Source: a virus
Taxonomy: Duplodnaviria > Caudoviricetes
Strand: one strand, 5' to 3'
IMG/VR virus record: IMGVR_UViG_3300037297_000231
Span: 44-64,043 of that record
DNA: 64,000 nucleotides
Part shown: positions 20,004 to 29,524 of the stretch, piece by piece
Layout of the letters: each line of letters opens with the position of its first letter
Numbering within the stretch: position 1 is the stretch's first letter
Made by a program: the position numbers and the translations under genes
Notes under the pieces: generated by a model
What the model saw: the letters and a program-made list of their open reading frames with translations, nothing else
Database searches by the model: none
What the model was told of the DNA's origin: nothing

Positions 20004-20806
20004 TGGGCAAATTTTATATATGGAATGATATTTTTGATGGAAATAACACATTAAGACTTGATTATCCATTGAATGAAGATTCCATTGTTTTTGATGTAGG
20101 GGCGTATAAAGGTGAATTTATTGAAAAAATATATAGTAAATATAAATGTAATATTTATGCTTTTGAGCCTATTCCAGATTTTTTTAACTTATTATGTGAT
20201 AAGTTTGCAGAGAATAATAAAATCCATTTATATAATTTTGGATTACATAATAAAGAAGAGTTGACACCTATACAATTAAAAGATGATTCTTCATCAATCT
20301 TTCGAGTAGACTTAGAGAGTGCTTCCTATGTGGAAATGAAAAAATTAAGTGGATTCTTTAAAGAAAATGAGATTACAAAAATAGATCTGCTTAAACTTAA
20401 TGTGGAAGGGGCTGAATATTATATTTTAGACGATATAATTAAAAATAACTTACAGTTAGTAATTGATAATATCCAGGTTCAATTCCATCATATTGATAAA
20501 AAGTTTGATAAATATAAGGATAAATTCTGTAATGTTTTAAGTGAAACACATCAACTTACTTATAAGATAGATTGGATTTGGGAGAATTGGCAAATTAAGA
20601 CAATCCCATTTTACCATGATTTTGAGTTACTCAATAAACTGATAGATGATTATTTATGTTTAGAAAAAAAGCATGAAATACTTTCTCAGGATTTCAGAAA
20701 TTTTAGAGAAAAGCAGCATAATTTAAAACATGCAGTTGATACTTATATTTCAACTGAAGGCACAAATATATCAAATCTTAAGCACCAAATGGAGTTAAAT
20801 AAATGA
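20003..20806 (+). CDS. FkbM family methyltransferase
   Basis: FDVGAY.G, AFEP, IDLLKLNVEGAEY, QVQFH motifs. Confidence 0.88.
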   Translation: MGKFYIWNDIFDGNNTLRLDYPLNEDSIVFDVGAYKGEFIEKIYSKYKCNIYAFEPIPDFFNLLCDKFAENNKIHLYNFGLHNKEELTPIQLKDDSSSIFRVDLESASYVEMKKLSGFFKENEITKIDLLKLNVEGAEYYILDDIIKNNLQLVIDNIQVQFHHIDKKFDKYKDKFCNVLSETHQLTYKIDWIWENWQIKTIPFYHDFELLNKLIDDYLCLEKKHEILSQDFRNFREKQHNLKHAVDTYISTEGTNISNLKHQMELNK

Positions 20807-21492
20807 AATTATCAGATTTTGGATTTAATGTTTATTCTCAATTCGGGGAAGATGGCATAATCGCCAAGATATTTCAAATTATAAAAATAAGGCATAATGT
20901 ATGTATTGATCTTGGTTCATGGGATGGCGTTCATTATTCTAATGTTTGTAATTTATATCGTAATGGATGGAAAGCCATTCTGATAGAAGGCAATAAAAAA
21001 AAGTTTGACGAATTGGAACGTAATATTAGATGGTATGATTGTATTGCTATTAATGAATGGGTCAAGAATGCGGATATTATCAACAGATACACTAAAATTG
21101 ACCTTCTAAGCGTTGATATAGACGGAAATGATTATTTTATACTAAAGGACTTAAAATCACGCCCCAGAGTGCTTATTTGTGAATATAACCCTACAATTCC
21201 ACCCTTCATGAACATGATAGCCAAGAAAAATAGTAATTTTGGTTGCTCTGCTTTGGCATTAAAAACCATGGCTAAATCTAAAGGGTATACTTTAATCGCA
21301 ATGACTGAGAGTAATTGCATATTCGTATTAGATGAATTAGTTCATAAGTTTAATGATTTTGATATAGAATATGAGTCTATTTTTTGCTATAAGAATCTTT
21401 CTTATGTGATTACAGATTATTCAGGGAATTATATGTTTTCTAGAAGGCCAGTCTATGGATTTGAAAAACCTTTGAAAGTTAGATTTATTTAA
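20803..21492 (+). CDS. FkbM-like methyltransferase
   Basis: YSQFGEDGII, G.WDG..SN, DLLSVDIDGNDY, PRV..CEYN motifs. Confidence 0.8.
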   Translation: MKLSDFGFNVYSQFGEDGIIAKIFQIIKIRHNVCIDLGSWDGVHYSNVCNLYRNGWKAILIEGNKKKFDELERNIRWYDCIAINEWVKNADIINRYTKIDLLSVDIDGNDYFILKDLKSRPRVLICEYNPTIPPFMNMIAKKNSNFGCSALALKTMAKSKGYTLIAMTESNCIFVLDELVHKFNDFDIEYESIFCYKNLSYVITDYSGNYMFSRRPVYGFEKPLKVRFI

Positions 21493-21790
21493 TATTAATA
21501 TCTTTAGTTGATAAGCCTTTTTCTAATTTTTCAGCTAATTTCAATTCTGAATCATTATTAATTACTTGTCCAGATTTTGTAAATTTTAGATTAGAAGTAT
21601 CAACTCTATTGACATTATGATAAATATTTGTTTTTTTAGGTTTTGCCTTATGTTCTTTAGCATCTAAAAGATTATAAATGCCGGCGATACGTAATTTTAC
21701 GGCTAGCCAAAATGTTAACTTTACATTAAGTTTTATTGAATATTCCAAATCACCTACTTTTTGATATTTATCAATTTTGATTGCTTTCAT
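21485..21790 (-). CDS. Hypothetical protein (leftward mini-operon)
   Basis: ORF with RBS, last of the small leftward ORFs at 21485-22392. Confidence 0.55.
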   Translation of the reverse strand: MKAIKIDKYQKVGDLEYSIKLNVKLTFWLAVKLRIAGIYNLLDAKEHKAKPKKTNIYHNVNRVDTSNLKFTKSGQVINNDSELKLAEKLEKGLSTKDINIK

Positions 21791-22055
21791 GTTTTTTCCT
21801 TAAAATAATATTTTTGCTAAAAATAATAATAAAACAGCTATGATAAACATAACTATAATAAAAATTGCAAAGGCGGTGTTATCTTTCATTTTTTAATTTC
21901 CTTTGCCTGACCTGATATATTTTGGTCTCTATCATGAAAGCTATGTAATATCATGTTGCCAACATAATATCCAGCTTGTTTTTGATGATGAAGATATTCA
22001 GATCTGGCAACTTCCTTAAATTCAGGATCGTTTTGCCTTTTTAAAAAATATTTGA

Positions 22056-22244
22056 TCATTTTCTTATCATTCCTTTTTTATATCTTAACATGGCATTTTC
22101 TTGAGATAGTCGGATTATTACTCTTATAAGTTGATTTTTGGAAAATCCTTTATAAATCTCTTTTACTTCTTTGACAGATACTAATTTTTTTTTAGATTTT
22201 GGAGTAGTTATTTTTTTAATAAATGTTTTAATTTTATTTATCAT
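22056..22244 (-). CDS. Hypothetical protein (leftward mini-operon)
   Basis: GGAGAGG RBS on the minus strand. Confidence 0.6.
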   Translation of the reverse strand: MINKIKTFIKKITTPKSKKKLVSVKEVKEIYKGFSKNQLIRVIIRLSQENAMLRYKKGMIRK

Positions 22245-22392
22245 TTAATCCTCTCCATAAAAGTCTTTCTACTAAAGATTTTAATGTAGTTTTTAATCCT
22301 TGCTCTTTTTCTTCAATAACTTTTTTCTTTAGCGCTATATATAATTTTTCATCTTCAGTAGCATAAGTAATAGGAACTTTGTTTTCTGGCAT
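22234..22392 (-). CDS. Small ribbon-helix-helix-like DNA-binding protein (52 aa, not in the ORF track)
   Basis: Hand translation MPENKVPITYATEDEKLYIALKKKVIEEKEQGLKTTLKSLVERLLWRGLNDK; strand-helix-helix pattern; first gene after the promoter. Confidence 0.5.
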   Translation of the reverse strand: MPENKVPITYATEDEKLYIALKKKVIEEKEQGLKTTLKSLVERLLWRGLNDK

Positions 22393-22424
22393 AATTTTTC
22401 CTTATAAAAATATTTATTTATAAA

Positions 22425-22453
22425 AGTATAAATCTATAAAAATGTTTTGTCAA
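22425..22453 (-). promoter_or_regulatory. Leftward sigma70 promoter divergent from the capsid operon
   Basis: TTGACA-17-TATACT on the minus strand. Confidence 0.7.
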
Positions 22454-22518
22454 TAGTTTTGTTTTATTAAGCGTAAAATATATTATATATTGAAATTATA
22501 AAATAAAGAGAGGCGAAA

Positions 22519-23586
22519 ATGCCAGATTTAGACAAATACCCCAATAGATATAGGATTGAATTTATTGAGCCAGGTATAATTAGTTATGAGGACGTTGATC
22601 AAGGCACGGTGTTTGTGTCAAGAGACGCATTAGATCGAATGATGTCTTCTTTCATTGGTAAACCTGTTATTAACAGGTTGCACAAAGATTTAGAGCCTGA
22701 AGAAGCTTTTAAATTGTCCGATGCAGAGAAGCAAGCCTTAGCAGACGGCGTTGTTTATAACTATGGATGGCTAGATAATGGAAGGGGTTATGCAGATGTT
22801 ATTATTTGGGATTTAGACACAAAAAAGAATATCAAACAAGGTTATTCTGCTTCATGTGCATACATGCCAACAAAGACTGATAGGGGCGATGTATGGCATG
22901 GAATACCCTACGATGAAGAAGTTATTGATGGCGTATATACACATATGGCAATTGTTGAAAAACCTAGATATGAGTTTGCAAAAATCTATGAATTAGATTC
23001 CAGCTTCCATAATTCTATGTCAGAGAAGGTATTGAGTATTTATCAGAATTCAAAGGAGGATTCGATGAAAAAAAAGAAAAAGATCTTTCACCTTTTTAAA
23101 AACAATATAGACGCTGAAACTGGAAAAAAGCCTGAAGATGAAATCGTTGAGGAAGAAAAAGTAAATATGGATGATGCTATTCTTGAAATAGAAGGCGAGC
23201 AAGTTCCTCTTTCTGAAGTCATTACTGCTTATAAAGAGGAAAAAGTTAAAGATGAAACAGGCGAAGAAGGCAATAATGTGATTAATCCTGAAGATGAAAT
23301 TGATATTGGCGATGGTGAAAAAGTTCTAGCAAGTGAATTGATTGCGTCTTATCAAAGACGAGCATCAAAGGCTAATGCTGAGCTTCCAACAGATACAACA
23401 ATGGAAGAGACTGTTGATGAAAAGGCACAGAAAGAAAATTCAAAAAAACCTAATGATAATTTTAAAGCTTTGAATAACTCTATTAAAGAATCCTTTGCAA
23501 ATGTGAAGTTAATAGTAAATTCAAAAGTTGACAGAATTAACAAAGGTAAACAAAAATACGGATCAGGCAAGGAGGTAAAAGAATGA
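22519..23586 (+). CDS. Prohead protease/scaffold (DUF2213-like)
   Basis: SF.GKPV...H, S..Y, H.AIVE.PRY motifs; acidic scaffold-like C-terminal half. Confidence 0.82.
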   Translation: MPDLDKYPNRYRIEFIEPGIISYEDVDQGTVFVSRDALDRMMSSFIGKPVINRLHKDLEPEEAFKLSDAEKQALADGVVYNYGWLDNGRGYADVIIWDLDTKKNIKQGYSASCAYMPTKTDRGDVWHGIPYDEEVIDGVYTHMAIVEKPRYEFAKIYELDSSFHNSMSEKVLSIYQNSKEDSMKKKKKIFHLFKNNIDAETGKKPEDEIVEEEKVNMDDAILEIEGEQVPLSEVITAYKEEKVKDETGEEGNNVINPEDEIDIGDGEKVLASELIASYQRRASKANAELPTDTTMEETVDEKAQKENSKKPNDNFKALNNSIKESFANVKLIVNSKVDRINKGKQKYGSGKEVKE

Positions 23587-24065
23587 GTTTATACACAAAT
23601 CAATTCAGTCCAACCGCTTATCCTGGTCAATTAGACCTTCAAACAAATCCTAACCCATTTGTATTATCTTGTAGGTATGATCCACAGGACACCGAAGGGA
23701 ATACATTACTGGCAGGTGAAGGTGTATTATTAAAAGACTTGGGTGCGAATGATGCAGCTGGTTTACCTATCATAGGTAAAAGAATTGGAAATAACGATAT
23801 TATTTTTGGTGCTAAGGTTGCAAGAACAAAAAACAATACCTCAGCCGTTGGTGATGTTGTTGAGATAGCAGGTGAAGGAGCAGTCATATATATGGAATGC
23901 TCTGGTGCGGTATTAAGAGGTGCAAGAGTAGCTCTTGTATTAGCGACACCTGGACAGGTAATGACAAAGGTTGATGGTTATCAAGAATTCGGATTTGCTC
24001 TCGATAAGGGATCTAATGGACAGCTTATCCGTGTAAGAATCACAGATGCAGGTACAGGAACTTAA
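23583..24065 (+). CDS. Capsid decoration/cement protein
   Basis: Lies between scaffold and major capsid; Gly-rich beta pattern. Confidence 0.7.
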   Translation: MSLYTNQFSPTAYPGQLDLQTNPNPFVLSCRYDPQDTEGNTLLAGEGVLLKDLGANDAAGLPIIGKRIGNNDIIFGAKVARTKNNTSAVGDVVEIAGEGAVIYMECSGAVLRGARVALVLATPGQVMTKVDGYQEFGFALDKGSNGQLIRVRITDAGTGT

Positions 24066-24076
24066 GGAGGTAAGAT

Positions 24077-25069
24077 ATGAGTAAAACTATTTTAGACAGC
24101 ATACTTTATAATGCGAACGGTGCAGTAGATCCTAATAGCACTGGTTTCAAAATTATAATTGATACTCTGACTTATCTTAGAGATAAGGTTCTTGAGCAAA
24201 AATTCTATAAGATTGCCCCTGCGGATTATGTTCCAGTTGATGTTGGGGATGCTGCATATGCAGACGAGATCGTTCAGAATTTAACTTTCACCACAGATGG
24301 TGGATTTTTTCAGGGTGATATCAATAATGCAAATGCTAACACAAAAATCTCTAATGTTGACACAGCTTTAAGTCCATTAAGAATGCCAACACAATTTTGG
24401 GCTAAATCTACAAACTGGACAATTCTTGAAATTAAACAGGCAGCAATGCTTAATAAATGGGATGTAGTTGAGTCAAAACTTAAATCACTTAAGGAAGTTT
24501 GGGATATTGGTATTCAGGAAGTCTGCTTTTTAGGACATCCGATTATAAGTACAATGACAGGATTACTTAATGATAGTGAAATTACTAATAATGAAACTTT
24601 AATCACAAAGGCGATTAATACAATGAGTGCTTCAGAATTTGCAACTTTTGTTGGTGGAATACTGGCAGCTTATAATACTAATTGTAATGAAACCGCAGTT
24701 CCAGACACTTTTGTAATGCCAACAAGTGATTATTTAGGTCTTGTTGTTCCTGTAAGTTCAACTTATCCTAATATTTCTCAAATAGAGTATTTACTTAATG
24801 CTTTTAAGAAAGCTACCAGAAATGAGAACTTTAAAATATTGCCTTTAGCATATTGTGAGGCTGCTAGAAATACAGCAAGAGGTATAAACAAACAGAGATA
24901 TATTCTTTATAGAAATGATCCTGATACTTTAAGTATGTCAATTCCAGTTGATTTGACTATGCTTAGACCTCAAACTATGAATGAACTTCAGTGGTCTCAG
25001 GCTGCTTATGGACAATATTCAGGTGTTCTTATTAGTAGAAAGCCAGAAGTATTATATTTCTCGTATTAA
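24077..25069 (+). CDS. Major capsid protein (DUF2184-like)
   Basis: 330 aa, GLLN motif, PDT.VMP, position; followed by a terminator. Confidence 0.88.
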   Translation: MSKTILDSILYNANGAVDPNSTGFKIIIDTLTYLRDKVLEQKFYKIAPADYVPVDVGDAAYADEIVQNLTFTTDGGFFQGDINNANANTKISNVDTALSPLRMPTQFWAKSTNWTILEIKQAAMLNKWDVVESKLKSLKEVWDIGIQEVCFLGHPIISTMTGLLNDSEITNNETLITKAINTMSASEFATFVGGILAAYNTNCNETAVPDTFVMPTSDYLGLVVPVSSTYPNISQIEYLLNAFKKATRNENFKILPLAYCEAARNTARGINKQRYILYRNDPDTLSMSIPVDLTMLRPQTMNELQWSQAAYGQYSGVLISRKPEVLYFSY

Positions 25070-25090
25070 ATGAGATAAATATTTTTATAC

Positions 25091-25116
25091 AAGAGGGGAC
25101 AAAATCCCCTCTTTTT
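25091..25116 (+). terminator. Intrinsic terminator after the major capsid gene
   Basis: AAGAGGGGA-caaaa-TCCCCTCTT followed by Ts. Confidence 0.8.
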
Positions 25117-25134
25117 GAAATAAGGAGATATTAA

Positions 25135-25563
25135 GTGACTACCATAACTGTTGAAGAATTCAAAACCAGATTTACAAAAAACTTCATATTTGGCAATGAA
25201 ACTGACCAGGTATCAGATACAGATGTTCAAAATGCCATAAATGACGCACTTACAGTTTTTAATCAAGACTTACTTCCTACAGATGAAAATGGCATTAATC
25301 CTTCAGAAATAGCATTTTATTATCTGTCCGCACATTTTTGTCAACTTAATTATGATGAACAGGGAATGGGACCACAGGCGAATTTTATTCAAAGTAGTAG
25401 ATCTGTTGGTGGAATGAGTGAAAGCCTACAAATTCCAGATTGGGTGAGCAACTCGGAATTGTCTATATATGCTACTACTTCCTTTGGATTAAAATATCTT
25501 CAAATGATTAAACCATATTGTATAGGCGCTGCTTATGCAGTTGAGGGGAAAACTACTCCATGA
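25135..25563 (+). CDS. Head-tail adaptor (DUF4054-like)
   Basis: F...F, L.AH, S.SVG..S.S, T.FG..YL motifs. Confidence 0.75.
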   Translation: MTTITVEEFKTRFTKNFIFGNETDQVSDTDVQNAINDALTVFNQDLLPTDENGINPSEIAFYYLSAHFCQLNYDEQGMGPQANFIQSSRSVGGMSESLQIPDWVSNSELSIYATTSFGLKYLQMIKPYCIGAAYAVEGKTTP

Positions 25564-26114
25564 AAAATGTTAATATTAAAGCTGATTTTACAAAATTAGA
25601 AAATCTGATTAAATGTTTAAATAGTAAACTTTTTTGTGATGTAGGCATTTTAGGTGATGAAAAAGGAGAAAAAACAACAGAGGGCAAAAGTAAAGATATA
25701 TCTATTGCATCTATAGGGGCAGTTCATGAATTCGGTGCGGATATAGAAGTAACTCCAAAAATGAGATCATTTTTGCATTATATAGGAATAAATTTAAACC
25801 CAAAAACAAAATATGTGCATATACCACAAAGAAGTTTTATTTTGATGCCTATTGAGGTAAATGAGAAAAAGATTACTAAACAGTTAAAGGCTAGATTTCC
25901 TTTACTTGTTAATGAAAAAACGGCAGTTAAGTTTATGCAGGAAGTAGGGATTACGTGTGAAGGGGTTATTCAAGAGGCTTTTGATACCGCAGGTTTTGGA
26001 AACTGGCAACCTTTACATCCTGCAACAATTGCTAATAAAGAAGGTGAAGGGATACTTAAAGATCAGGGTGATTTGAGGCGAGCGATAACTTCAAAAGTAG
26101 GAGGAAAATATTAA
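25560..26114 (+). CDS. Neck / virion morphogenesis protein
   Basis: VHEFG, IPQRSF, W.PL.P.TI..K, L.D.G.L...IT motifs. Confidence 0.75.
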   Translation: MKNVNIKADFTKLENLIKCLNSKLFCDVGILGDEKGEKTTEGKSKDISIASIGAVHEFGADIEVTPKMRSFLHYIGINLNPKTKYVHIPQRSFILMPIEVNEKKITKQLKARFPLLVNEKTAVKFMQEVGITCEGVIQEAFDTAGFGNWQPLHPATIANKEGEGILKDQGDLRRAITSKVGGKY

Positions 26115-26461
26115 TGTTTCCTCAAATGGCGGGGGTTTTGCGTGGCTGGACACGTAAAAAAACAGTTATTTCTTATTCGGAAACAATTGTTGATTTTGAA
26201 ACTGTTTTGACTGCTAATGATCCGGTAACAGCCAGAGTAAATTATCAACCGACTCCGCCTCAGAGAGTTGATAAAAAACCAGAAGAAGATAGGCAATGGA
26301 TATGGTGGGATATATGGGTTGATAGTTCCTTGAAATTAAAAATAAAAGATTGGATTGTTATTGATGATAAAAATTTTCAGGTTATGGTTATACATGATTG
26401 GAAAGTATCAGGTTTTTATCATTATGAGTGCGTTGAGGCTTTTATGCCTTCAACTGCTTAA
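26114..26461 (+). CDS. Head-tail joining protein
   Basis: Synteny within the neck module. Confidence 0.6.
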   Translation: MFPQMAGVLRGWTRKKTVISYSETIVDFETVLTANDPVTARVNYQPTPPQRVDKKPEEDRQWIWWDIWVDSSLKLKIKDWIVIDDKNFQVMVIHDWKVSGFYHYECVEAFMPSTA

Positions 26462-26470
26462 AGAGGTTAT

Positions 26471-26956
26471 ATGGAAGTAGATAAATTAGTTTGTAATGTG
26501 ATACAGCATGAAATGGGTACTCCAAATGGTCGTATGGTGGTTGGAAATCAAAACTGGACACCACCTTCAGATAGCAGTTATTATATTACTGTTAGAATAA
26601 GAAGTCCAAAAATAGTGGCAAGTACAAACAAATTTGATCATGAAAACGATGTTGAAATAAAAAGAGTTGTTACTCATACTACTGTTGATATAAATATAAC
26701 ATCTAAAAATAGAGAGGCGGTTGAAAGGAAAGAAGAAGTTGTAATGGCTTTAACTTCAACTTATTCAATTCAACAACAGGAATTATATCAAATGAAGATA
26801 TTTAGAATGACTGATATCCTGGATTTAAGCCTGGTTGAGGCGAGTTCAGGTTTAAATAGATTTAGAATTTCTTGTGTTGTTTCGAGCATACGTGAAAAAC
26901 AGACAAGTATAGATTATTACGATAAATTCAGACGGCAGGAGGTTATAGAACAATGA
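26471..26956 (+). CDS. Tail terminator/completion protein
   Basis: Directly upstream of the sheath gene. Confidence 0.6.
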   Translation: MEVDKLVCNVIQHEMGTPNGRMVVGNQNWTPPSDSSYYITVRIRSPKIVASTNKFDHENDVEIKRVVTHTTVDINITSKNREAVERKEEVVMALTSTYSIQQQELYQMKIFRMTDILDLSLVEASSGLNRFRISCVVSSIREKQTSIDYYDKFRRQEVIEQ

Positions 26957-28443
26957 GTTTAAGTATTGCAAATGTAATTAGAGTTTTTATTTTAGCAGCC
27001 TTAAGAGGTCTTGCAAATGCTAATACATCCGCTTTGGCATTATTTACAGATGAAGAGCCTTTATCTGCTACATATGGGGATTATGGGATATATCTTGATC
27101 CTACAGGTGTAGCAAGTGATTTTGGGAGTACTTCAAAGACTTATAGGCTGGCAGTAAAGGTATTTCAGCAAGTACCTAATATTCTTACAGGTAGTGGTTT
27201 CCTTGTAATCATACCTAGAAATCAAACAGCGGCAGCTCAACCAGCAACTATTGTTGGTACAAGTGTTGTTAATTTTACTTCTTTAACTGCGGATGATTAT
27301 TATATTAAAGTAGCAGTTGACGGAGGGGCAGTTACTAGTCTTGATATTGGTGAAATTGATACTACTGATATGACAACTATTTTAACGAGCCTTAATAGTA
27401 CGGCAGTTACAGCAGCAGGATTGGTTTTTACCATAAGTGGTGATAAATCTTCAGCAGTTGTCACATTAAAAACTATTGCAACAGGTGCAAGTAAAAGTAT
27501 TGCGATTGATTCAGGTGTAAGCACATATGATGGAACAGAATTAAGTCCACTGGTATTTATATCAGGAAGTGCGACAGGTTCGGATGCAGGTGTTGAAAGG
27601 GTAAAAGATGCAGTTTTAAGAACTGTAAATTTTTTAGAATATTTTGGAATTATCCTTAATAAAAAACAGACAGATGATAATTTAACAGAATTGGCAGCAT
27701 TAATACAATGTTATGACAAAATGCTTTTTGTAGGATCTAATTTAACTGCGGATATTACAGGGATTTTTTCTACTCTTATGGGTTCAGGTTATACTCATAC
27801 CAGATGTTTATTTTATAGTAACTCTGAAAATGATGCGCTAGATTTTGCAGCTGCTTATGCATCAAGAGGATTAAGCATAAACTTTGATGCATCGAATTCA
27901 GTTCATACCATGCATCTTAAAGATATCACAGGGTTAGATGCTGATCCTATATTTGCAGGAAGTACAGGACAGACTTATCTTGATTCTGCAAAAAATAACG
28001 GTGTTGATGTATTAGCTGATTTTGGAATTGCTAAGGTTTTTACATCCGGGCAGAATGGTTATTTTGACGCTATTTATATTCAGCTTGCATTAAGATTAAG
28101 ATTACAGGTGGCAGGGTTTAATTATCTTGCACAGACTAATACTAAAATACCACAAACTGAAGAAGGTATGGACGGATTAAAAGGTGCTTATCGAAAGGTT
28201 ATGGGATTATTTGTGACTAATGGTGCTTTCGCACCTGGTACATGGAATAGCTCTACAACTTTTGGAGATCCTGAGGACCATATAAGAAATATTTCAGATT
28301 ATGGATATTTTATATATTCAAGTCCAGTAGCATTACAGAGTCAAACTGTAAGAGAAGCCAGGGTAGCCCCTATAGCTCAAATAGCAGCGAAATCAAGCGG
28401 TGCTATTCATTCTTCAGATGTTATAGTACTAATTGAAGCGTAA
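26953..28443 (+). CDS. Tail sheath protein (DUF3383-like)
   Basis: L.I.NVI.V start, KIPQT..G, GAIH C-terminal motif. Confidence 0.88.
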   Translation: MSLSIANVIRVFILAALRGLANANTSALALFTDEEPLSATYGDYGIYLDPTGVASDFGSTSKTYRLAVKVFQQVPNILTGSGFLVIIPRNQTAAAQPATIVGTSVVNFTSLTADDYYIKVAVDGGAVTSLDIGEIDTTDMTTILTSLNSTAVTAAGLVFTISGDKSSAVVTLKTIATGASKSIAIDSGVSTYDGTELSPLVFISGSATGSDAGVERVKDAVLRTVNFLEYFGIILNKKQTDDNLTELAALIQCYDKMLFVGSNLTADITGIFSTLMGSGYTHTRCLFYSNSENDALDFAAAYASRGLSINFDASNSVHTMHLKDITGLDADPIFAGSTGQTYLDSAKNNGVDVLADFGIAKVFTSGQNGYFDAIYIQLALRLRLQVAGFNYLAQTNTKIPQTEEGMDGLKGAYRKVMGLFVTNGAFAPGTWNSSTTFGDPEDHIRNISDYGYFIYSSPVALQSQTVREARVAPIAQIAAKSSGAIHSSDVIVLIEA

Positions 28444-28455
28444 GGAGGTAATTAA

Positions 28456-28908
28456 ATGAGTGTTGTTTTAACAGGTAAAGATACCAGCATAATTGATGAT
28501 AGAGTTTTAAAAGATTTAGGGGATGGTGATGTTGTAAGCATTGACTTTCCTAATAATCTAGTAGAAGGAAAAGTCGGTAAAAATGGCAATGTGCTATATG
28601 CATATAATTCAACTGGAAGTCAGGCAATCGCTACTGTAAGAGTCTTAAGGGGATCGCCTGATGATAAGTTTTTTAATTCAAAACTTATTTTGTATAAACA
28701 AGATCCAGCATCTTTTGTCCTAATGGAATCTGAATTCATTAAAAATGTCGGTGATGGGAAAGGGAACGTCACCAAAGATATTTATAAATTTAATGGTGGA
28801 ATAATTCAAAAATATCCAGTTGTAACTGAAAATGTAGAAGGAAATATAGATCAGGCGATATGCGTGTGGACAATATTATTTGCTAATACTGACAGGATAG
28901 AATCATAA
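28456..28908 (+). CDS. Tail tube protein
   Basis: 150 aa, directly after the sheath gene. Confidence 0.75.
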   Translation: MSVVLTGKDTSIIDDRVLKDLGDGDVVSIDFPNNLVEGKVGKNGNVLYAYNSTGSQAIATVRVLRGSPDDKFFNSKLILYKQDPASFVLMESEFIKNVGDGKGNVTKDIYKFNGGIIQKYPVVTENVEGNIDQAICVWTILFANTDRIES

Positions 28909-28929
28909 TTATTTTAGAGGAGAATAAAA

Positions 28930-29352
28930 ATGAATATTGCAGGTAAAGAGTTAAAAATAACTCCGGCATCTTTTGATGAGGCTATGGATTTGAAAGATGC
29001 CATCGAGATAGCGGTAAGAGAGGGTAAAATAAGCCTATCCGGAGAACTATTGGAAGGGGATGTGTTTAAAAAAGAACTGGCAAGTGAAGACTTAACAGGT
29101 GTTTTAAATGCAATTTTGTCAATTGATAGTTCAAAGGATATAAGGAATTGTCTTTTTATATGTGCGGAAAGGGCAGTTTTGGGAACGGATAAAATTAATA
29201 GAGATTTTTTTGATGATGTTAATAATAGACAATATTATTATCCTATTATGTTTGAAGTCTTAAGGGTTAATCTTACCCCTTTTTTCGCAAAAGTCTTTTC
29301 CTCGTTCATGGGAATCGGGGAGAAGATAGAAAACTTCCTAAAGTCGAAATAA
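28930..29352 (+). CDS. Tail assembly chaperone (G), with a predicted -1 frameshift extension (GT) to 29528
   Basis: Precedes the tape measure; in-frame slippery C CCT TTT / T TTT TTC at 29277-29286; -1 frame open to TGA at 29526-29528. Confidence 0.8.
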   Translation: MNIAGKELKITPASFDEAMDLKDAIEIAVREGKISLSGELLEGDVFKKELASEDLTGVLNAILSIDSSKDIRNCLFICAERAVLGTDKINRDFFDDVNNRQYYYPIMFEVLRVNLTPFFAKVFSSFMGIGEKIENFLKSK

Positions 29353-29524
29353 ATGCCAGTGATAGAATGGTAGTTGCTTTAAGAGTATCAAAAACCGGCT
29401 TTTATGAAGGCAATCCCGAAAAAGTCCTGAAAGGACGTGTTGACTATGTATTAGCAGCACTTGAATATAATAAGTTCTTAATCGATTATGAGGACGTTTA
29501 TATAGAAATAAACAGGAAAACAAA

